Below, in pieces: positions 10,501 through 21,369 of a DNA stretch of 31,154 nucleotides (its first letter is position 1; each line of letters starts with the position of its first letter). Origin of the DNA: Thelocarpon superellum (lineage: Eukaryota); assembly GCA_026025795.1 (NCBI GenBank), contig JAPEUG010000004.1:124001-155154 (forward strand), given 5' to 3'. The translations under genes were made by a program, and so were the position numbers. The notes below the pieces were generated by a model. The model made no database searches. It was not told the origin of the DNA and saw only the letters and a list, made by a program, of their open reading frames with translations.

Positions 10501-11777
10501 CTATAATTGCTTGGAGCGAAGTTGGCGTCCAGCGCCCTCCCCCTGCCCCTGCCCCTGCCGCTCGCGACCCACAAAATTCTCCATCGCGCGATCGATGCCA
10601 CTAGCCCACCTCAGGAGACGCTGGACCGAGACCGGCAAGACTGGCAAGACCGGAAGCCATCTTGAATACAGCGGAAGGGTGATGTCGGTGCTGACGCCGC
10701 CGTCGACGGCGCGGATGATCTCCTTGGCGACGTCGACGGGTTCAAGCACGGGCGCGAAGAAGGGCGACGGCGTGCGCACCCCGGCGAAGAGCGGTGTCGC
10801 GATTTGGCCCGGTGTGACCAGGATCGTCTTGATGTTCGAGGAGGCCGAGAGCTCTTCCTTCAGCGAGGCGTGGAGCGTCAGAAGACCTGCCTTGGCGGCT
10901 GTGTAATCCGCTGTGGAGGTGGTTAGACGAGTCAAGGAGCACGTGAGCGCTTTCTCGGAGATGAGGACGGGGATGGAGAGGGGGGGAGCTGACAGAGGTT
11001 CTTGCACCCAAGATGGCCCAGCACGCTTGCTATCGTTACGATCGTGCCGCGCTTCTCGCGAAGCATTCCGGGAAGAAAGGTTTGGAGGGTGTAGAAGTGC
11101 GAGAGGAGGTTGACGTGCAGGTTCCTAGATGGACCTGTCAGACTTGACATACCCAGGGAACTAAGGTCTAGACCTTACCTCTCCGTTTCCTCCGCCGAGA
11201 GCTCGAGCAGCGACTTTCCGCTCACGACTGCCGCGTTGTTGATGAGGATTGTCGGGGTGCCGAGCTGCACGAGTCAGTGCCCCAGATCAAGGCAATGAGC
11301 GGGGAGGGTGTCATGTACATCTGCTTCGATCAACTTTGCTGCCCCCTCCACCTGTGCCCTATCTCCTACGTCGCATTGGTAGAACTCGACACCACGGCTC
11401 TCCGTCTCCATGTTCCTGACGTCCAGCACAGCGACCGCAGCTCCTCTCATTCCATACACCTCAGCTATCAGCAAGCCCAACCCACTGGCGCCACCAGTGA
11501 TGACGATGACTTCGTCCTCGAGATCCACATCTCGCGCGATGCCGTAGGCGAAGCGTCGATTGAGGTGGAGGAAGATGGTCCAGAGAGTGATAGCGACCGC
11601 GTAGGCGACAGCCCACAGCATGGATGGATCCGAGTATGGCGTGGCTACCGCTCGGAAGCAGAGTGGAATGAGCCATGCGATGAAGGGATGAAAGAGAGAT
11701 CTGTTCAAGACCAGGAGGAAGAGGTCCACATTCAAGTAGGCATACCATGGTCGGTCACGGACATTGCCGCGGTCCAT
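10501..11777 (-). CDS. Short-chain dehydrogenase/reductase with hydrophobic N-terminus (retinol/17-beta-HSD-like, yeast Tda5-like); exons 11777-11319, 11264-11179, 11124-10994, 10910-10501
   Basis: Introns 11265-11318, 11125-11178 and 10911-10993. Motifs: ITGGASGLG (NAD(P) binding), YQCDV, LINNAA, IVTIASVLG, catalytic DYTAAK (YxxxK), VTPGQIATPLF. Confidence 0.9.
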
Positions 11778-12625
11778 GATGGAGATGGTCAGCCTCCGAG
11801 TCACCTAGCTGGACACGTTGACTGAGGAGAGGGCTAAAGGTTGCAACCAGGATGAGCAGCTTGCCATGTCCTCGACTCCAGTCTCCGTCTATCCATCGGC
11901 GGACCTCGTAAGTGTCTGTCGGAGAATGCTTGTGTGGAGCTGACACGGGGACCAGAAATTCAGGACCGAATGTCAGTTACGCGACACGGAGCGGATCAAT
12001 GATCTTCCTTGGCGCCGCTGGTCCTGGGAGGATGTGGCGCCTCGGCACCACATCGATACCCAACCGCCGCGTCCCATCCCTCTAGAGAAACTTGTCTTCT
12101 TTTCAACCCCATTCAAAGCTGACCTTCTTCTAGGAATAGAGAGCACAGCCATGGCAATTCATGCTGGCAAACACGTTTGAGATGTGGTGTTGTCAGTCAG
12201 TGACCGAGTGAACTGTCGCGTTGATTTGGCGTCCAAACCAGTGCCATGTGCAGCGTCTCTTTTCCATCCCCATACCATCTAAGGAGCTGCTGCAGATGAT
12301 GCTGTAGGGTTCTCCCTTAGTTTCTCGTGCCATCGTGATGTTTACCATGCCTTTGTCCCGGGGCCTTCTCCACTATCGGTCGCCCGGTGAATCCTCGATT
12401 CTCCACATGCTTCGGCAGGGGGCCCCGTACGTGAACAGGCGGCTTTCTCCAGTCACGCCGTGCCTTGGCAAGCCTAGATGCAAGATTCACTTATGCCGAG
12501 CCCCTGGACTAGATCAGTGTTCTGTTATCTACTTGGTTACTCCCAATTCCTCGTGATGGTTTCATGACACAGAACGCCTCACACCACCTTGGACCGTCAC
12601 GCAACGTGCCTCCCGTCTTCCAGCC

Positions 12626-13462
12626 ATGAGCCTCAACCACGCGCCCGCGCCCGTCAACGGGGTGCTCCGTTTCTACGAGGGTCTCGCCGGGGACTTTGCC
12701 AGCATCACCATGGCCGATCTTCTTCGCCCCGATTGGGATACGGGGCGCTCCACGCAGGAGTTTCTCCCACTCGTGTTTCCGCTCGCTGAGCATACCGCCG
12801 ACTTTCCCGACGTGCCCATCGTCGATCGGGAGGCTTTTGAAGCATTTTGCACACGCCCGTACCTTCGGGGCATGCTCCGTGCCGTTTTCCACCGGATCCT
12901 CCGTCATTACGGCTTCGACATTCGGCCCGCTCTCGCCGGGGACTTCGTCTACATCAGCGACCTCGCTCCGAGTTCCCGGGCCTGGGGGTGGCTCAGTCAT
13001 GACGCTCGCGAACGCTTCCGCGTAGCGCGCATCATCCGAAGCCTGCGGATTTTGGGATTCCAGCATCTGGCACAGCAATTCTACCACTGCGTGGTGTGTG
13101 GCTTTTCACTCCGTGACAATGACACGCCCGACTACCGCCTTACCTCGGCACTTTGGAAGGTGGCCGCTTTGGGTCCTCTGGCGATGCAGTTGTACCGCGA
13201 CCCTAACCAAACCCATCACCTCATCGAGTTCTTGCGCCCCCAATCTGCCACCTATGCGGCAGTCGCGTCCAGCGCCACGGTCGCCAATGCTGCTTCGGGA
13301 TTCGCCCCCCATTCGACCACGGCAGCTGATCATGTTGCTGGAAACGTTACGGGAACGACGTGGGAGGCATTGGACGCGTCATCCCCCATTGCCGGGGACG
13401 ATGCGGGACTCAACCACAATCCAGTGCCAGGAGCCGATCCCGCCGACGAGGGAGAGTCTTAG
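12626..13462 (+). CDS. Diverged opioid growth factor receptor (OGFr_N)-like domain protein, intronless, 278 aa
   Basis: ATG-initiated ORF with scaffold motifs in the order I recall for OGFr_N: VLRFY, LVFPL, P-IVD..F, LR..L..VFHRILRHYGF, W, RVARIIRSLRILGF..AQQF. Low-complexity Ala/acidic tail. Recall only, no HMM run. Confidence 0.68.
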   Translation: MSLNHAPAPVNGVLRFYEGLAGDFASITMADLLRPDWDTGRSTQEFLPLVFPLAEHTADFPDVPIVDREAFEAFCTRPYLRGMLRAVFHRILRHYGFDIRPALAGDFVYISDLAPSSRAWGWLSHDARERFRVARIIRSLRILGFQHLAQQFYHCVVCGFSLRDNDTPDYRLTSALWKVAALGPLAMQLYRDPNQTHHLIEFLRPQSATYAAVASSATVANAASGFAPHSTTAADHVAGNVTGTTWEALDASSPIAGDDAGLNHNPVPGADPADEGES

Positions 13463-14438
13463 ACCTCGACATCCACAGCGTACGACGACTTCCGGGGCAG
13501 AAAGATGCACCGTCGGTAAGGCACGGGACTGAGGCGCTCGAGGCGGGGGAAGCGTCGATGGGACTGCAAAGGTGCACAGATGGGGTTGGCAGACCATGTA
13601 TAATAGTCAGGACAACGAGATTCATGCCGGCCGAACCGAAATAAATGTGGTGCTCAGTCAGCGGATGTCCGAGGTCGGTCTCGATCCCGATGGTTCTCCA
13701 GGGCCGTACCGATGATCTAGCATCCCGTGCATCGATACGAGCGACGTTGAGGACTGTTGACAAAAGTCTGATAGCAGGGAGCATGATGAGATCCGTTCAC
13801 GCTGGGTCGTGCCGGAATCAGCTAGGTGGACGGCGTGGATGGCGTGGCCTCGCTCCAAACTTTCGGGCAGTCCCATCCAGCCGACGGGCTTTTCAGCCAA
13901 GGGCTAAAACTGCAGGGCCCAAAGCCTGCACCTTCACCAATCAGCGATCCCACCGGCCCTACCGGTCGCTCCGTCTGCAGGACGGAGGGGGAGCGTGATC
14001 GACGAGTGACGGGCATGGTCCGTGGTACCGCCATGCCGGCCGCCGCTGGTGCACCAGGCTTTCGCCACCTACCGGATTCTGGCTGCAGACGGCTGCAGCC
14101 CGATGGCTCAGCACAAGGCGCACTGAATCCTCGCGCGCTGTGCCGAGCTCAGCTGCGGGTTGATTCTACAATTTATCCATTCTTCACCCGCGTGCCATGA
14201 TTCCTCCGTGATCTCATAGAGCTGCATCTCTAGAGGCTCGATATATACTGGTACTTCCTCTCCTCCGGTGCCTGATCCCAGACACTTTCCGGCATAAAGC
14301 TTGTGTCCTTGTCACGGTGACCGTGTTGGTGGCCGTGGAGTGGGGTAAGAGTCGCCTCGCCCAGCCGCTGCCCCTCTTCCACGCAACACTTTGTGTCTGT
14401 CGCCCGCCGCTGACCACGTTCAAGTCGCGCAGGTGCCC

Positions 14439-16025
14439 ATGGTGTCGCAAACCGAGCCTCCCGACCGGACGCTCGCCATCCGGCGACCTCCTTCCGTCTC
14501 GTCACGAACGTCGACACGCCGCCACCGTCACAACCGCTCGCATCATGGCGGGTCCTCCTACCAAGCACAGAACGAGTTTCCCATCTTTAGCCATACGGGG
14601 GATGTGGAGATTGTCATCGGTGCCGGTGGGAAGGAGCAACGCTATCTGCTTCATCGCTTGATCCTCGCGCAGTGCTCGGGTTTCTTTGAGGCCGGCACCA
14701 GCGAGCAATGGTCGCGTGCGCAGAACGCCGCGGGCCAGAGCCAGGACCTGGCGCGCATCGGGGAGGCCGAGACGGAGGAGGCCGCGACAAGCCAGGTGGG
14801 CGAGCTTGGCCAGACCAGCCCGCCGAAGATGAGATGGCGGTATGTGCTGGAGGAAGGCCCTCGCGAGGACGGCGATGCTCCGATGCTGGTTCAGCGGGTA
14901 GGAGGCGCATCTCTTAAAAACCGAGCGAGTCCTGCTGACATGTCTACTCAGAGTGCGACATCGACGCTCTTCGGAGGGGACCAGTCCTCTCGACCACCGA
15001 CCACGCGGCACCGTCAAATCGCATCACAGCCGGGCTTCTTTCGGTCGGTAGTCAACCTGTCAGCGGTACAGATCCCGCGGCAGGCAAAAGAAGATGACCC
15101 GGCCAAGGACACGCTGCGCGACTACGACAACCTCTTCCGCATCTTCTACAACTACCCCCCCACTCTTGACAACGTCAACATCGCCAATGCATACATCGAG
15201 TGCAAATCGCTGCTCAACCTCGCAGACATGTACGACGCGTTAGAGGTCGTTGGGCCGCGAGTGGACCACCACCTCCTGCAATTCCAAGGCCGGCTCTGGA
15301 AACAAATCGCCAAATACCCACCGAGCTACCTCAAGCTGGGCTACCTGGCCCGATCCAAAGTCATCTTCGCCGAGGCGCTGGTGCACGTGGTCGGGCAATG
15401 GCCAGCGGGGGCGAACCACCTACGCAGCCAGCTCCCCGAGCAGGTCCTCGACGTGATCGAAGACAAGGTGGACGAGCTCGACGAAACGAAATGCAAGATT
15501 GAGAGCCAGCTGTTCCGCCTCACGCTCGTCACGTCGCGTGGCGAACGCGTCACGCCATCCACCTCTTATCTTGACTGGACCGTGGTGTCACTCTTCCGCC
15601 AATGGCTGGCGGAGAACACGACGCCGCTCCCACCGCCCACCATCAAAGACTCCGCCCGACCGGCTACCAACAACACCAGCACCCACGCACCCACCACGAC
15701 CACGACCCAGGTCATCGCTCCAATCCCCCCGCCCCCACTCCCAAGCAACACGGGGCGAATCTACCGCCTCATCGGCACAGGCGGTTCGGCGTATCTGGCG
15801 CACGAGGAAATCAAACGATTCATGAAGCTCCGACCGGACGATTACAGCCGCGAGGCAGTCCGGCGCTTCGAGCGGCGCATGGACGAGCTGAAGAGTCTGG
15901 CGCGTGAGATCGTCCGCCCGCTGATGCGTAACTTCCTGGAACTCGACCTTGGCAAAGACGGTGGTAATATGGGCTATCTCACGTGTACGCATGTCTTGGA
16001 TCGCGATTTTCCGTGGGATGATTAG
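14439..16025 (+). CDS. Conserved fungal BTB/POZ-like protein; exons 14439-14897, 14952-16025 (plus 5'UTR intron 14345-14432)
   Basis: GDVEIVI..YLLHRLILAQCSGFF (BTB start), YDNLFRIFYN, LLNLADMYDAL, SYLKLGYLARSKVIFAEALVHVVGQW, C-terminal YLTC..DFPWD. In-frame intron 14898-14951 (GTAGGA..CTGAC..CAG). Confidence 0.85.
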   Translation: MVSQTEPPDRTLAIRRPPSVSSRTSTRRHRHNRSHHGGSSYQAQNEFPIFSHTGDVEIVIGAGGKEQRYLLHRLILAQCSGFFEAGTSEQWSRAQNAAGQSQDLARIGEAETEEAATSQVGELGQTSPPKMRWRYVLEEGPREDGDAPMLVQRVGGASLKNRASPADMSTQSATSTLFGGDQSSRPPTTRHRQIASQPGFFRSVVNLSAVQIPRQAKEDDPAKDTLRDYDNLFRIFYNYPPTLDNVNIANAYIECKSLLNLADMYDALEVVGPRVDHHLLQFQGRLWKQIAKYPPSYLKLGYLARSKVIFAEALVHVVGQWPAGANHLRSQLPEQVLDVIEDKVDELDETKCKIESQLFRLTLVTSRGERVTPSTSYLDWTVVSLFRQWLAENTTPLPPPTIKDSARPATNNTSTHAPTTTTTQVIAPIPPPPLPSNTGRIYRLIGTGGSAYLAHEEIKRFMKLRPDDYSREAVRRFERRMDELKSLAREIVRPLMRNFLELDLGKDGGNMGYLTCTHVLDRDFPWDD

Positions 16026-16260
16026 TTCCCCTCGCCAATCGTGGAGAGAGTGGGTGGATGGATGATTGATGATTGATATAGCCTGTAGGATGTTGGATGG
16101 ACACGGACGGAATACGTACCACATGGGAGTTCAATCTGGGAAGGGGTGTTTATACCCAGGGAGGTTCTTCCTACTTCTACTTCTACCGCTACTTTTATCG
16201 TAGTCAGTCACATTCAACACCATTATCTACAAGTCGGTCATGACCGTTCGTCAATCTAAG

Positions 16261-17919
16261 TCAATCACCACCAATAACCTCGCGCCCGCCCATGAAAGGC
16301 GCCAAGACCGGCGGAACCCTGACAATTTTCCGCTCCTCGTCCCATCCGTTTTCCAGAATCGCTGCCAGTACGCGTGGAACGGCCAGCGCTGTGCCGTTCA
16401 GAGTGTATGGCCACACCGGCTTCCCCGTGCCATTCAAGGGGTGAGAAGAGGTGGAAGACGATATGGAGGGAGAGGGGCAAAGGGGGGTGGGGGGGGAAGA
16501 AGTAGCACTCCTCCTCAAAAGCATCCTCGTGTCCAGCCGCCGAGCCTGGTAGTCGGTGCAGATCGAAGCGGACGTGACCTCGCCCCACCCCTGATTGATG
16601 CTTCGCCGCGAGGGAAAGAAAGCTTCGATGTCGACTTTGCGCCATGCGCTCCCGCCCAGATCGTACGACGGCATCTCTAGCACGCGACAGCGCAGGTTCA
16701 ACGCCGCGAGGATCTCGGTCTGGATCGTGATCATCTCGTCGAAGGTGCTTTCTGCTTGAGAGGTCGAGGGGGTGGACGGAGGCGAGGTGGCGATTGGGGC
16801 ACTTGGACTGGTAGGGGCAGGAGGAGGAGGAGTAAGAGGAAGATCTGGAGACGTCCACGCAAACATCTCCACCTTGGTAAATTCGTGGAGTCGGTAGAGC
16901 CCCTTGGTCTGCGTGCCGCGCGCGCCCGCCTCGGCGCGGTAGCAGCGACTGACGCCGACGGTCTTCAAAGGGAGATCGTGCTCGTCGAGGACGCACTTGG
17001 CTTTCATGGCTGCGAGAGATATCTCGGCCGTGCCCGTGAGGGAGTACTCGTGCTGGGACCGCGGACTGGGTTGCAGCGAGTAGACCTGCTGCTCGCCGTG
17101 TTGGTCGCGGGGGAGGAAACCGCAAGCCGTCGCGATGTGCGAGTAGACCAGCGAAGGAGGGGAGACCACCCGCCACCCTCGTCGCATCGTCACGCTCAAC
17201 GCGTACTGGACGAGGGCTTGTTCGAGGAGCGCGGCCTCGTTGATGAGGAAGCACCATCCGTATCCTGACGAAGTCCGCGCCGCTTGCCAGTCAAATAGGT
17301 CGAGGTACTCGCCAATTTCCACGTGTGACTTGGACGACGGAGCGCCAGTGCGGATCGTGTCGAGGTGCTCGTTGATCTCGGCCACCACCCGCGCCTGCTC
17401 TCCAATGGGCGTCTCGGGACTCGTGAGATTGGGCAGGGCATATGCCAGCTCCTCCATCTCTGTCGCCAGCCTTTGCTCTTCAGCCTCCACTTCTGCGATC
17501 TGAAGTTTCAATCGCCGCGCGGCCTCCAAGATCTCCTGTCTCTGCTGGTGCCCTTCAAAGCCCGTCTCGCCGGGTGAAGGCCGGGCCAGTTTCCGCTTCA
17601 ATGCATTGTTCTCCTCTCGCATCGATCGAGCACCCTTGCCAATTCGTTGCAACTCGTCGTAGATCTCGACGATCCGAAAGGGGCTGTCCTTCTGCGAGCC
17701 ATGATTGCGATCGATGGCATTTTGCGAGTGCCAGTGCGGGTGCTGTCGGACGTGCTTGATGCCTATGGACGGCTTGGGTGCAAAGGACGGCGGAGACGTT
17801 GAGCCGTATCGCGGACGAAAGGAGTAAACCCGGTGAGAACGACGACTGCTGGCCAAGCGCAGTCGACATCTTGCACATATCAAGCTCTCTCGAGTGAAAG
17901 GAAGCATCGGTACTGACAT
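16261..17919 (-). CDS. DIA4: Mitochondrial seryl-tRNA synthetase (class II), apparently intronless
   Basis: Arg/Ser-rich presequence-like N-terminus, coiled-coil arm, LPNLTSPETPIG, GTAEI, motif 2 CYRAEAG..TKGLYRLHEFTKVEMF, EVTSASICTDYQARRL, motif 3 TLNGTALAVPRVLAAILEN. Confidence 0.92.
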   Translation of the reverse strand: MSVPMLPFTRESLICARCRLRLASSRRSHRVYSFRPRYGSTSPPSFAPKPSIGIKHVRQHPHWHSQNAIDRNHGSQKDSPFRIVEIYDELQRIGKGARSMREENNALKRKLARPSPGETGFEGHQQRQEILEAARRLKLQIAEVEAEEQRLATEMEELAYALPNLTSPETPIGEQARVVAEINEHLDTIRTGAPSSKSHVEIGEYLDLFDWQAARTSSGYGWCFLINEAALLEQALVQYALSVTMRRGWRVVSPPSLVYSHIATACGFLPRDQHGEQQVYSLQPSPRSQHEYSLTGTAEISLAAMKAKCVLDEHDLPLKTVGVSRCYRAEAGARGTQTKGLYRLHEFTKVEMFAWTSPDLPLTPPPPAPTSPSAPIATSPPSTPSTSQAESTFDEMITIQTEILAALNLRCRVLEMPSYDLGGSAWRKVDIEAFFPSRRSINQGWGEVTSASICTDYQARRLDTRMLLRRSATSSPPTPLCPSPSISSSTSSHPLNGTGKPVWPYTLNGTALAVPRVLAAILENGWDEERKIVRVPPVLAPFMGGREVIGGD

Positions 17920-18382
17920 CGAGCGGGCTCCTTGTCCCTATGATTGCGTTGATGTCATAGTCGACTTCTCAAGTAATCTGTCGTGATCACGTGCGTCGCG
18001 TAGGTTTCGCGTCATGGATGCCCAACGCGAGTCGCGATGTAATTGATCCAACCCGTCCAGGTTGACGCTTGACGCCTACCTTTATCCCCGTCGCTAATCC
18101 ACACCTACCCAGGTCTGAGCTCACGACATGCACGTCTGATTCATGATATCCTAGAGATCACCGCATGAAGGGTGACAAACACGTTTGATTGCTGAGTGGA
18201 CCAGATGCTCCCCTCATCGACTGTCGTCTGCCTCGTGAAATATTATCTACTGTAATGCCTTGTATGATGAGCGTCATGTGAACTTGTGCTACTGTCCTCC
18301 TCCTCCTGGCATCCCTTCCACGTTTAGGCCTGAGGCCTCACGTTCTCCTGGATGCCCAGATCCATGCCCTCCTGCGGTCCAT

Positions 18383-18943
18383 TCATGCTCCGAGCAGGTC
18401 CACCCAGTCCTTGGACGAAGGTAACGCGGCGGTGCTGTCTGCTCGTTAGCCCCGAGGATCCCGCGAGTTCATGTGCCGACGATCATGATCCACTCACATC
18501 TCGAGCGTGGGGATTTGGGTGGCTACCTTGCCCTTGATCAAGCCCGAGAGGCGCGAGCTCTCGTGACGGTGCCACGTCACGTTGCGGCTGAATGCGCGTT
18601 TACACTCCCACAGTGCCTGGACCCGGTCCTCCATGTACTTGGCCTCGCGGTCGCGGCCGATGTCACGCTGCAGACGCACGAGGACGATGTTGTCACGGTC
18701 CATCTGCTCGTTGAGCCACTGCATCCGGAGGCTGATGGTGTCCAGCTGCGAGAGATGGAAGTTGAGCAGACCCTCGATGGCGCCCGGGTCGGAGGGAGTG
18801 GGATCCGGAGGCGGCGTCAAGGTGCGGGTGGAGCCGATGCGAGGGGTGGACGGGGCCGAGGGCAACGACTGCTTGGACTTCTGCGACGAGGCCGACGGCG
18901 TTCGAGAGAGAAAGGACGACGCCCGGCGGGAGAGCATGTCCAT
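18383..18943 (-). CDS. Unrecognised small protein (Ser/Pro-rich N-terminus, helical C-half); exon 18943-18498, intron 18435-18497, exon 18434-18383; start could be as far up as 19114
   Basis: Open frame with C/G-ending codon bias. The apparent stop sits inside a GTGAGT donor (18497), followed by a GCTAAC branch point and CAG acceptors. No family recognised. Confidence 0.55.
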
Positions 18944-19364
18944 GATGCGATTCTGGCTCTGGCTCGTGCCAGCGTCGTGGTGGTAGAGAGTTCCCGATTG
19001 TGGGCGTGGGTATGGGTACGGGTGCGGTTGGGAAGAACGAGAGTGGAGAACTGAGCGTGACCGATTGAGGTGTACGGGCAGATGAGAGTCGACGCCGAGA
19101 ACATGCCACACCATCGCAGTAATGACTGGACCGTGTTTGCAAAAAACGAGTCAACTATTGCTTCACGTGTTTGCACCATCACAGCCCGGCATCGCCTCGA
19201 CGATTGCTTTGACGACGGTGCGGTGCGGTGACGAGACGAGACGAGATGGGCGATTCACGGCATACACATCACCATGATTCACGGTGCACAGTGTACCGAC
19301 GCATCATGCGAACTTGTGTGCACGCCCTCCCAGCGCTCGGAACGACGGCCGAGCGAGTGGCAGA

Positions 19365-21097
19365 TCAGGCCCAAACGCCTAAGGTCCAATGGGACCGATC
19401 CCCGGCTCCGGGGCGTGGCCCCGTGGGACCAAGACTCTGACGCTGCGGGACCACACTGACTTCACCTTCCTTACTTGCTCCCGCGAGACCTTGGCTCAGA
19501 AACTTTTCCCGCTCCACCTCGACGACTCCTTTGATCTTGAGTCCGCCCACCAGGCTCGCTCCCGCCCACGCACCCAACGTCTCCACCCCACGCACCTGAC
19601 CACGTATGTCAGCCGACCCCCCCTTGCCCTCGTGGCGTCGGATCTTCTCCAAGACCTCATCGGGCCCAGGTTCGACGAAAGCGGACGCAATGGCAGAATT
19701 TGGTTGGGTAGAGTGGTCGGTAAATTCGCGAGTCTTCCGGGTCTCTGAAAGCTCCACCTGTGATCTGACTCGTTTCGAAGCAGCCTCCTTTTCTTTCCGG
19801 CGCTCGTTGGCCTTGCCCCGTACGGGATCCCACCCTCTCTCTCTTACTAGGCCAGCGATCTCGTCAATGATCCGCTTCTTCAGTCCGGGCACTTGTGTCG
19901 CCCCGCCCGTCACCACGACCCGGGCCATGCAGATGGACCGTAGATCGGGACTCAGATTCAGTAGAGCCCGGTAGGCCAATTGGTGGATGGGTACTTCATG
20001 ATCATCAGGATCCCCATCCGCGGAAATTGGTGGATGGAAAAGGGTGTGTTCGATGGGATCAGCCAAGGTGGAAAAGGGCACGCGAATGGTGATGGGGGAT
20101 CTCGTAGACTGCAGGGGAATAGTCATGACGGGGTCACGACTCGGCGATGATTGCTTATCTCGGGCGCTGGCTTGGTCACGGCTTCGGCACCAGCCCAATC
20201 TTGCCAGGACTTGCTCACACTCTTCAAAGCTGACTTCGTCTCGGAAGTCTTCGTCGTCATGCGACGGCTCACCGTGGCTCCGCTGCCCTCGTGCCTTGCG
20301 CACCTGGTGGCTCAATAATTGGGCCAGCTCGATTGTGAGAGCTTTCCCTGCGCGAACACTCCTCGAGCATGAGACTTCCCGATACTCAAAGATTCCGGTG
20401 ACGATCGTCTCCGACCAGCCGATGTCAATCACGAGAGCCGAGCGAAGGCCGGCGGCGACGGCAGTCAACACGGGGATGGTGAGGGCGGTGATGGAGGGGC
20501 ACTGGAAGTTGCTGAAGAAGAGAGTCAAGAGCGTTGAGAGGAGGGCATATGGGAATGCCGAGGGAAGAGCCAGGAGTACTCGACGGGGCTTCGAGTCCAT
20601 GAGGAGATATCTATGTACACGGTCAGATCTGGGTACATCAACTTTCGGCCGTGTAGGAATTACTTGGTATATGCATCTCGTATCGCTCGTTCCATCTTGT
20701 CTCCGACGAGACCAAGATCCACTTCCCTCAAGTCCATGTGCCACAGCTCGTGAGCATCTGCCCACTGGTACATATGTTTCCGACGCCTCCACTTGCGTTC
20801 GTAGCCTACTGCCCATTGCTGATAGTCGCCCGCTCTCAGCTGTTCTTCTGGTCCGAACCCTACAACGCAGCGCGGGGACGCTTCTCCGGCCATGCCCGCT
20901 CGCAAGAACCGTGTCCCCAATTCAAAGACCAGACAGTCGTCATCGCTTCGAGCGCTGGGCGAGCCCGACAGGTACGTCAGCGATGTGGAATGATGTAGAG
21001 GGGTGTGTGGAGAGGCTGCTCCCCCAAGGGTAGAGCCCGATCGAAGGGATGCTGCAGGACGAGATGTCGGAGCAGACGCAGTCGACGTGGTCGACAT
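19365..21097 (-). CDS. ARP11: Dynactin pointed-end actin-related protein (Arp11/RO-7, Arp10-like); exons 21097-20664, 20610-19365
   Basis: Actin-fold motifs LVFELGTRFLRAGMAGE, ALVIDIGWSET, VVVTGGATQVPGLKKRI, LGAWAGASL. Intron 20611-20663 joins AYTK|YLLMDSKPRR. C-terminal WTLGVWA is as I recall for filamentous-fungal RO-7. Confidence 0.8.
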
Positions 21098-21369
21098 GAC
21101 TGCCGTGGCCTCGTGCGTTGTGCGCAGTGCGCAGTGGTGTTGCTGAGTTTGACCCGGAACCTACGGCTACGGCAGAACAAATGAGCTTGAGTATGTTAAT
21201 GTTAGTGTAGCAGTCTGCCGATCCCCCACTACTATCGTCAAGTCTCCAGCGTCTGGGGTCCTCCCAAGCGAATGTAAACAAATCCCATCCTCCATGGAAT
21301 GACGAGGAACACAGCTCTACCTTCACCCGAATTCTGCCATCACGTCTGTACCATGTCCCTGGGGCCAAA
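21098..21369. promoter_or_regulatory. 272-bp divergent ARP11/GEN1 intergenic region, probable bidirectional promoter
   Basis: Head-to-head start codons at 21097 (-) and 21370 (+). Confidence 0.55.

Noticed and set aside
10501..10515. SDR C-terminus RSKQL as a peroxisomal PTS1
   Set aside because: The terminal tripeptide is KQL, not S/A-K/R-L, and the stop context is not a readthrough motif.
12509..13087. 192-aa antisense ORF over the OGFr-like gene (and similar long antisense ORFs such as 20044-21033, 22618-23208, 24668-25333)
   Set aside because: Typical shadow frames of GC3-rich coding sequence, with no independent motifs.
13645..14200. ORFs downstream of the OGFr-like gene as partner genes of a system
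   Set aside because: Non-ATG starts, low-information sequence, no splice or domain support.
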